DNA from: an uncultured bacterium
Lineage (GTDB): Bacteria; Patescibacteriota; Minisyncoccia; UBA6257; 2-01-FULL-56-20
Direction: 5' to 3'
Assembly (NCBI GenBank): GCA_963696395.1
Contig: CAVOJZ010000002.1
Coordinates: 6,433 to 70,432 of the forward strand
Length of the DNA: 64,000 nt
Shown in pieces: positions 59,028 to 64,000 of this stretch. The notes under the pieces were generated by a model. The model ran no database searches and was not told the DNA's origin. It saw only the letters and a program-made list of their open reading frames with translations. Position 1 is the stretch's first letter. Each line of letters begins with the position of its first letter. The translations under genes were made by a program, and so were the position numbers.

Positions 59028-59975
59028 ATGAAAAAACTACTTGTTTTTGCAGTTTTTGCCCTTGCAATACTGAGCTTCGGAACCAATATCGGTTTGGCAC
59101 ACGCGCAAACCGCACAGCCGACGGTCAGTTCCGCAACTCTTTTACAGGAGCTCCAAGTTATGAAAGCTACGCTTGTGAATCTCGAATCCAAAGCGGGCAT
59201 GGTCCCGCAAGGCGATTCGGGATTGCCAAGCGGCACAGCTGGCACAACCGGATCGGCGGTAACCCCGACCACGGGGACGGTTGCAAGCGGACTTTCCGCT
59301 TCGGACCGGGCGGCGCTCTCGAGTTCGCTCGGCGCACTCGTTTCAGTGCTTTCATCGTTTAATGCCACGCTTGCAGCAAATCCGCAGGCGGTCAGCGCCC
59401 ATCAGGCGGCGATCGCGGCGGTCTTGAATGGTATGACGAAAACGATGGTGGCAATGAACAGCGCACTGAATGGCTCGGCGGCAGCGCCTTCCACGGGAAT
59501 TGCCATGTCCCAGCCAAGCGTGCGCGTTACGCCAACCACACCGACCACGCAGGCACCGGCGGCAGCAGCACCGACACCGACGCCGGCACCGGTAGCAGTA
59601 TCCAATCAGCCAGCCCCACAGCCATCAACTGGTTCGCTCGCTCCGACAGCGGCTCCCGCGGGAACGAACAACCAGCAACAGACTGCGCAGGCCTCGAACG
59701 CCTGGGGATTCGTCGTCAATCATTGGCCGACAATCACCATCGTCGTTCTCGTCGCTCTCATACTGCTGATTCTCTTCTGGCCAAGCTCTGGTGATAATCG
59801 CGAGGAACACGGATCTCCGCGTCCTGTGGCAAAACCGCAAGTCCCGAATCGTCCCGTCGCATCAAATGTGACGCAAAGTTCTTCACGCGAAGAAACACGG
59901 ACAGCGACTCCGGTCGCAACCGTCGTATCAGCTCCAGCAGCGAAAGTCACAGTCATCCGACCGCAGAAAGTTTAG
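59028..59975 (+). CDS. Pro/Thr/Ala-rich secreted protein with C-terminal TM anchor
   Basis: Signal peptide MKKLLVFAVFALAILSF, a PTTPTTQAPAAAAPTPTPAP tract, then WPTITIVVLVALILLILFW. Confidence 0.55.
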   Translation: MKKLLVFAVFALAILSFGTNIGLAHAQTAQPTVSSATLLQELQVMKATLVNLESKAGMVPQGDSGLPSGTAGTTGSAVTPTTGTVASGLSASDRAALSSSLGALVSVLSSFNATLAANPQAVSAHQAAIAAVLNGMTKTMVAMNSALNGSAAAPSTGIAMSQPSVRVTPTTPTTQAPAAAAPTPTPAPVAVSNQPAPQPSTGSLAPTAAPAGTNNQQQTAQASNAWGFVVNHWPTITIVVLVALILLILFWPSSGDNREEHGSPRPVAKPQVPNRPVASNVTQSSSREETRTATPVATVVSAPAAKVTVIRPQKV

Positions 59976-59986
59976 CGTGTTAAAAA

Positions 59987-60038
59987 ATACGAGCCGCAAC
60001 GCCCTTAAGAGGGGGCGATGCGGCTCGTATTTTTTTTG
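59987..60038. terminator. Bidirectional intrinsic terminator
   Basis: ATACGAGCCGC...GCGGCTCGTAT 11-bp stem flanked by A6 upstream and T8 downstream. Confidence 0.65.
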
Positions 60039-60257
60039 GCGCAAACCAACGCACCTACTGCGAATCGCCGCATTGCTCGATAAAAATCGGTGTGTGATTA
60101 AATTCCCGATCGGCAAGATATCCGCAACCAAATCCGAACGAGGCAATGAATACAACCACCACACCAAATATAATCTGGCGCTTATGCAACAAAAAAATGC
60201 GGCGTAGCATTTTTCTATACTACCTTTCCCTCATTAAATATTTCTAAAACCCGGCGC

Positions 60258-60998
60258 TCAAAAATTCAGGTACTGCTCCCATTTTTGATACAATTCCCGC
60301 GTCGCTTTCAGGTCGCCGACGTTATATCGGGCGATATCAAGAAACTTTTTTTTCTTGAACAATGGCTGGACATCGTCGCCGCTCACGCCGCCGGACTTGG
60401 GGCTTTCAATGCCGAACGCCCGCGACCACAGGTGGAGACTCCCTTTCCGCCGCGTGGCGCCGTAAAAACTCAACTGATCATAAAGGTCGACGTGCACCGC
60501 ACCGTCGTTCCGGGCTTGCCAGGGATAGCGGGCCTGCATAAGATCTTTCGAGGGTCTGATGCCGTGGATTGCGGAACGAATCATGAGGAATGGCACATCG
60601 AAGCCGCGGCCGTTGAACGTGATAAAAATCTGATATTTTTCCGAAAGCTCCCAGAACTTTACGAGCATATCTTTTTCCGTCATCTGCTTCAGGACAACGC
60701 CATCCTCCTTGGCTTCCGCATTTTTCTGGCCGGGCGCCTGATAGTAGACCGCTCCCTCATTTTTATGCACATCAAGCACGCCGAGAGCGACGATTTCCCC
60801 GGTAAGCGGTGAGAAACCAAGCCCGTTTTTGAGGTCCTGGAGCGCAAGTTTATATTCCTCTTCGTTATTCGAATCTTTCTTGATCCAGCGGGTTAAATTC
60901 TCCTGAGTTGCCTTATCGAGGGCGTCAAAATCCTCGCCAATGGTCTCAATATCGAATACCAGCTTGTTGCTAGGGGTCATGGTTGACAGTACCTGCAT
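60258..60998 (-). CDS. RNase H-fold 3'-5' exonuclease (DnaQ/PolB-exo-like)
   Basis: [10 protein letters not shown] is the Exo I (DxE) motif. [14 protein letters not shown] (Exo II-like). [12 protein letters not shown] (Exo III Y-x3-D). Confidence 0.65.
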   Translation of the reverse strand: MQVLSTMTPSNKLVFDIETIGEDFDALDKATQENLTRWIKKDSNNEEEYKLALQDLKNGLGFSPLTGEIVALGVLDVHKNEGAVYYQAPGQKNAEAKEDGVVLKQMTEKDMLVKFWELSEKYQIFITFNGRGFDVPFLMIRSAIHGIRPSKDLMQARYPWQARNDGAVHVDLYDQLSFYGATRRKGSLHLWSRAFGIESPKSGGVSGDDVQPLFKKKKFLDIARYNVGDLKATRELYQKWEQYLNF

Positions 60999-61021
60999 TC
61001 TACCATAGAATTGACGTTACT

Positions 61022-61300
61022 ATGGCTCATACCAAAGCTATCGGATCCACCAAATTAGGGCGCGATTCTATCGCGAAGCGTTTGGGTGTCAAACTGCAGG
61101 ACGGCCAAAAAGTTATGGTCGGCCAGATTATTATTCGCCAACGGGGCACAAAATATGCTCCGGGACGGAATGTAATTCGAGCCGAAGACGACACATTGTA
61201 CGCCGGCAAAAACGGCATCGTAAAGTTCGCCCAGAAAATGAAAACTCGTTTTGACGGGTCGCGGAAAAAAGCGACGGTGGTATACGTGCAGACTGCATAA
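61022..61300 (+). CDS. rpmA: 50S ribosomal protein L27
   Basis: [24 protein letters not shown]...IIIRQRGTK. Confidence 0.9.
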   Translation: MAHTKAIGSTKLGRDSIAKRLGVKLQDGQKVMVGQIIIRQRGTKYAPGRNVIRAEDDTLYAGKNGIVKFAQKMKTRFDGSRKKATVVYVQTA

Positions 61301-61332
61301 ATAATAAAACCGGCTGATGACAGCCGGTTTTA

Positions 61333-61782
61333 TTATTCCTTTTTCTTCACCACTATTTTTAAATTCGCCGTAATGCCTTTTTTGAGATCTATAGGCACCA
61401 CGTAGTCGCCGACTTTCTTAATCGGGTGATCGAGCAATACTTCAACGCGTTCGTTGCGAAGTATCCCGTGTTCACGAAGTGCTTTTGCGATAGCTTCCTT
61501 ATTGACCGAACCGAATACCGATCCCTGCGCATCCGCCTCGAGTTCAAATTGCAGACCGAGATCATTCATTTCCGTTGCAATTTCATGCAATCGTTTTAAA
61601 AGCTCCTGATCTTCCTTTTCCGACGTTTCCTTCATTTGCTCGAGCTTGGCAAGCGCCGCCGCGGACGCGGGTTCCGCAAGTTTATTCGCGAAAAGGAAAT
61701 TGCGGGCGTAACCGTCGCTCACGTCCTTCACTTCGTGCTTTTTGCCGATATTTCTTACATCCTGCAACAAGATTATTTTCAT
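61333..61782 (-). CDS. rplI: 50S ribosomal protein L9
   Basis: MKIILLQDVRNIGKKHEVKDVSDGYARNFL. Confidence 0.9.
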   Translation of the reverse strand: MKIILLQDVRNIGKKHEVKDVSDGYARNFLFANKLAEPASAAALAKLEQMKETSEKEDQELLKRLHEIATEMNDLGLQFELEADAQGSVFGSVNKEAIAKALREHGILRNERVEVLLDHPIKKVGDYVVPIDLKKGITANLKIVVKKKE

Positions 61783-61793
61783 GGTTTTAATTA

Positions 61794-63056
61794 TTATTTC
61801 GCCGTGCTGCTCGCGATCTCAGCCTGCAAAACCTGTATCGCTTTATCAAGCTGAGGATCCTGACCTTTCGCAGCTTGAGCATCAGTTATTGGCACCACAT
61901 AGTCCGGCTGAAGGCCAACGCCGAAGTTAAGAATGTTGCCGGAGGGAAGTACCCAATGCGCAACGGTGAGTTTAATGGACGAACCATCGGCAAGCGGTTC
62001 GAGCTGCTGCACGGTCCCCTTGCCAAAACTATGTTCACCGATAAGCGGGATGTTGCGATCGTCATGCAAGGCACCTGCAAGAATCTCCGCAGCGGAAGCT
62101 GAGCCATTGTTGATGAGAATGTCAATCGGCATATCGGCGAGCGAACCATTTCCGGTTGCCGTGTAATCCTGCTCAGGCACTGAACGGCCGACCTCCTTCA
62201 CCACGGGCGACCCAGGCTTTAGGAAATACCCCGAAAGGTCGACGGCGACCTCAAGATAACCGCCCGGATTATCGCGCAAATCCAGAACGATTCCCTGCGC
62301 ATTATTATCAACCGCCTTAACGAGCGCTTGGTAAAAAGCCGAATCGGCATCCTGCGTAAACTCGCTGAGGGTGATATGCGCGATGGTCCCCTTCATTTCA
62401 AAACTGACATTCGGAACCTGAATACTGCTTCGTGTGATTTTAAAATCCTGGGGCTTCGTCCATCCTTGCCGCAAGATACTGAGCGTCACCACCGTCCCCA
62501 CATTTCCGCGGATCAAATTAACCGCATCGTCAACATTCATACCCTCGGTTGATGAACCGTTAATGCCAACGATGATATCTTCGGCCTTGAGTCCTGCGCT
62601 CGCCGCGGGCGTTCCTTTAATTGGAGCAATGATGATGATATCGCCCTGTGGATCAGCGCCGAGCTGCGCACCAATACCTCCGAAATCACCGGTGATATCC
62701 TGCTGGAATTGCTGGCTATCGGAAGGCGTGAAAAACTCCGTGTAGGGATCCCCGAGCGAATTCACTAGACCGTTAATTGCCCCGTATACCTTCGTCTGGT
62801 CGGTCGTGCTTGGATTTCTTAGGTAATCGTCGTTAATCATCTGCCACGCCTGCCAAAAGGTGCTGAAATCGGCTGTTGTCGATACCGTGGGATTAATATT
62901 CGAGACACCGGTCACAACGATATTCGTGGGGTATTTTCGTCCGAGAACCCAGCCGAACCAAACGCCCGCGGCAAGCAAAACAATACCTGCAAGTGCCGCT
63001 GTGAGTATTTCGATTATTTTCTTCCTCTGAGGAGCCATATCGGTATATCGTATCAT
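61794..63056 (-). CDS. Carboxyl-terminal processing protease (S41) with PDZ domain
   Basis: N-terminal TM, a PDZ domain (GIGAQLG...EDIIVGINGSS) and an S41 core (LINNGSASAAEILAGAL...GKGTVQ). Confidence 0.85.
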   Translation of the reverse strand: MIRYTDMAPQRKKIIEILTAALAGIVLLAAGVWFGWVLGRKYPTNIVVTGVSNINPTVSTTADFSTFWQAWQMINDDYLRNPSTTDQTKVYGAINGLVNSLGDPYTEFFTPSDSQQFQQDITGDFGGIGAQLGADPQGDIIIIAPIKGTPAASAGLKAEDIIVGINGSSTEGMNVDDAVNLIRGNVGTVVTLSILRQGWTKPQDFKITRSSIQVPNVSFEMKGTIAHITLSEFTQDADSAFYQALVKAVDNNAQGIVLDLRDNPGGYLEVAVDLSGYFLKPGSPVVKEVGRSVPEQDYTATGNGSLADMPIDILINNGSASAAEILAGALHDDRNIPLIGEHSFGKGTVQQLEPLADGSSIKLTVAHWVLPSGNILNFGVGLQPDYVVPITDAQAAKGQDPQLDKAIQVLQAEIASSTAK

Positions 63057-63068
63057 GCTTTTTTATAT

Positions 63069-63359
63069 ATGAAAAATGCATTAAAATGCTGTTATATGCC
63101 ACGGCTAAAAGATCGGTACTTAGAGGAGTTAAAGAAGCGATCAAAGGAATCGCGCGTATATCGAAAGCATCAGCTTACGGGGCTTTTAATCGCTGAGATC
63201 CTGCAGGACGAGAAACATAAAGCTCTCTATATTAAGCTGGCAAAAGCAGACAATGGCGACCGGTTACTCGGGCTCGCAAAAGACGTTGCCGAACGCAAGA
63301 ACATAAAAAACAAAGGTGCCTATTTTATGCGCCTTGTCACCATGGACCATGGCAAATGA
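63069..63359 (+). CDS. Small hypothetical basic protein
   Basis: 96-aa ORF upstream of def with no recognisable motifs. Overlaps the def start by 11 bp. Confidence 0.3.
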   Translation: MKNALKCCYMPRLKDRYLEELKKRSKESRVYRKHQLTGLLIAEILQDEKHKALYIKLAKADNGDRLLGLAKDVAERKNIKNKGAYFMRLVTMDHGK

Positions 63360-63879
63360 GATTTTTCTCATAAGCAATAAACAGGAAGAAAAGATCTTGC
63401 GGAAAAAAACCGCAGACTTTGACTTCAAAAAATACAGCGCGAAAGACATCCGCGAGCTTATCGCCCGCATGCGCCGCATCATGCGGGCGGCTGACGGCAT
63501 TGGCCTTTCCGCGAACCAGATCGGGCTCAATATAAATATGTTTATTGCGGAAATCCCGGACCCGGATGGAGGAACCAAATTTTACGCCGTGTTCAATCCC
63601 GTTATCGAAAAAATGGGCGATGAAAAGAAATTATTTGAAGAAGGGTGCCTGAGTGTTCCGGGAAAATACGGGGACGTTGAACGCGCAACGCGTGTCACCG
63701 TGACGGGGTTTGATAAATACGGCAAACCGACGCGAATCAAGGCATGGGGATTGCTTGCCCACGTGTTTCAACATGAAATCGATCATCTTCACGGTACCGT
63801 TTTCATCGACAAAGCAAAAACGATCCACGAAAACATAGCCGTCGAAACTCTGCCCGAACGGGAAAAGCGACCGGCATGA
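63349..63879 (+). CDS. def: Peptide deformylase
   Basis: GIGLSANQIGL, EGCLSVPG and HEIDHLHG are the three PDF motifs. Confidence 0.9.
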   Translation: MANEIFLISNKQEEKILRKKTADFDFKKYSAKDIRELIARMRRIMRAADGIGLSANQIGLNINMFIAEIPDPDGGTKFYAVFNPVIEKMGDEKKLFEEGCLSVPGKYGDVERATRVTVTGFDKYGKPTRIKAWGLLAHVFQHEIDHLHGTVFIDKAKTIHENIAVETLPEREKRPA

Positions 63880-64000
63880 AATACGTTTTTTTCGGAAGCC
63901 CACGCTTTGCGGAAATAATCCTGGGGCAACTCATCGACGCGGGCATGCCGCCGATCGCGTTAGTCTGCAATCCTGATCGTCCGTTTGGAAGAAAGCAAAT
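63876..64000 (+). CDS. fmt: Methionyl-tRNA formyltransferase (5' part; continues beyond window)
   Basis: MKYVFFGSPRFAEIILGQLIDAGMPPIALVCNPDRPFGRK. ATGA overlap with the def stop. Confidence 0.8.
   Translation, partial: MKYVFFGSPRFAEIILGQLIDAGMPPIALVCNPDRPFGRKQ

Overview
The window is two unrelated pieces joined at about 6021/6022. Positions 1-6021 are very GC-rich (roughly 70%) and look actinobacterial. They contain a frameshifted acyl-CoA synthetase 3' end, a frameshifted LOG-family gene, a heavily frameshifted FO synthase (fbiC, fused CofG/CofH), an intact transaldolase, and the 3' half of transketolase. Transketolase is cut by the junction, and the in-frame fusion to a low-GC TraD/VirD4-like ATPase fragment (ORF 5308..6753) is an artefact. 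Positions 6022-64000 are about 45-50% GC and look like a small-genome CPR/Patescibacteria-like bacterium (inference from gene content). They carry housekeeping genes, two tRNAs, a type IV pilus locus with four divergent pilin-like genes, a cyoABCD-cyoE quinol oxidase operon and a redox-repair cluster. The accessory candidates are: (i) a decayed integrative element at the tRNA-Gln 3' end (recombinase fragment plus 18-bp direct repeat), followed by an island of six small orphan genes with strong sigma70-like promoters, a repeated about 45-bp motif and a GGDEF protein; (ii) an operon combining an orphan receiver, IlvE, an NAD(P)-binding enzyme, an ANL adenylate-forming enzyme, a ThiF/E1-like enzyme with a separately encoded double-nitroreductase partner (split MoeY-like), and a histidine kinase; (iii) a sigma70-region-4/HARE-HTH fusion protein; (iv) a membrane protein plus TraD-like ATPase pair. 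No CRISPR array or rRNA is present. A 50-aa lmo0937-like membrane ORF (56338..56490) falls below the ORF-track size cutoff.
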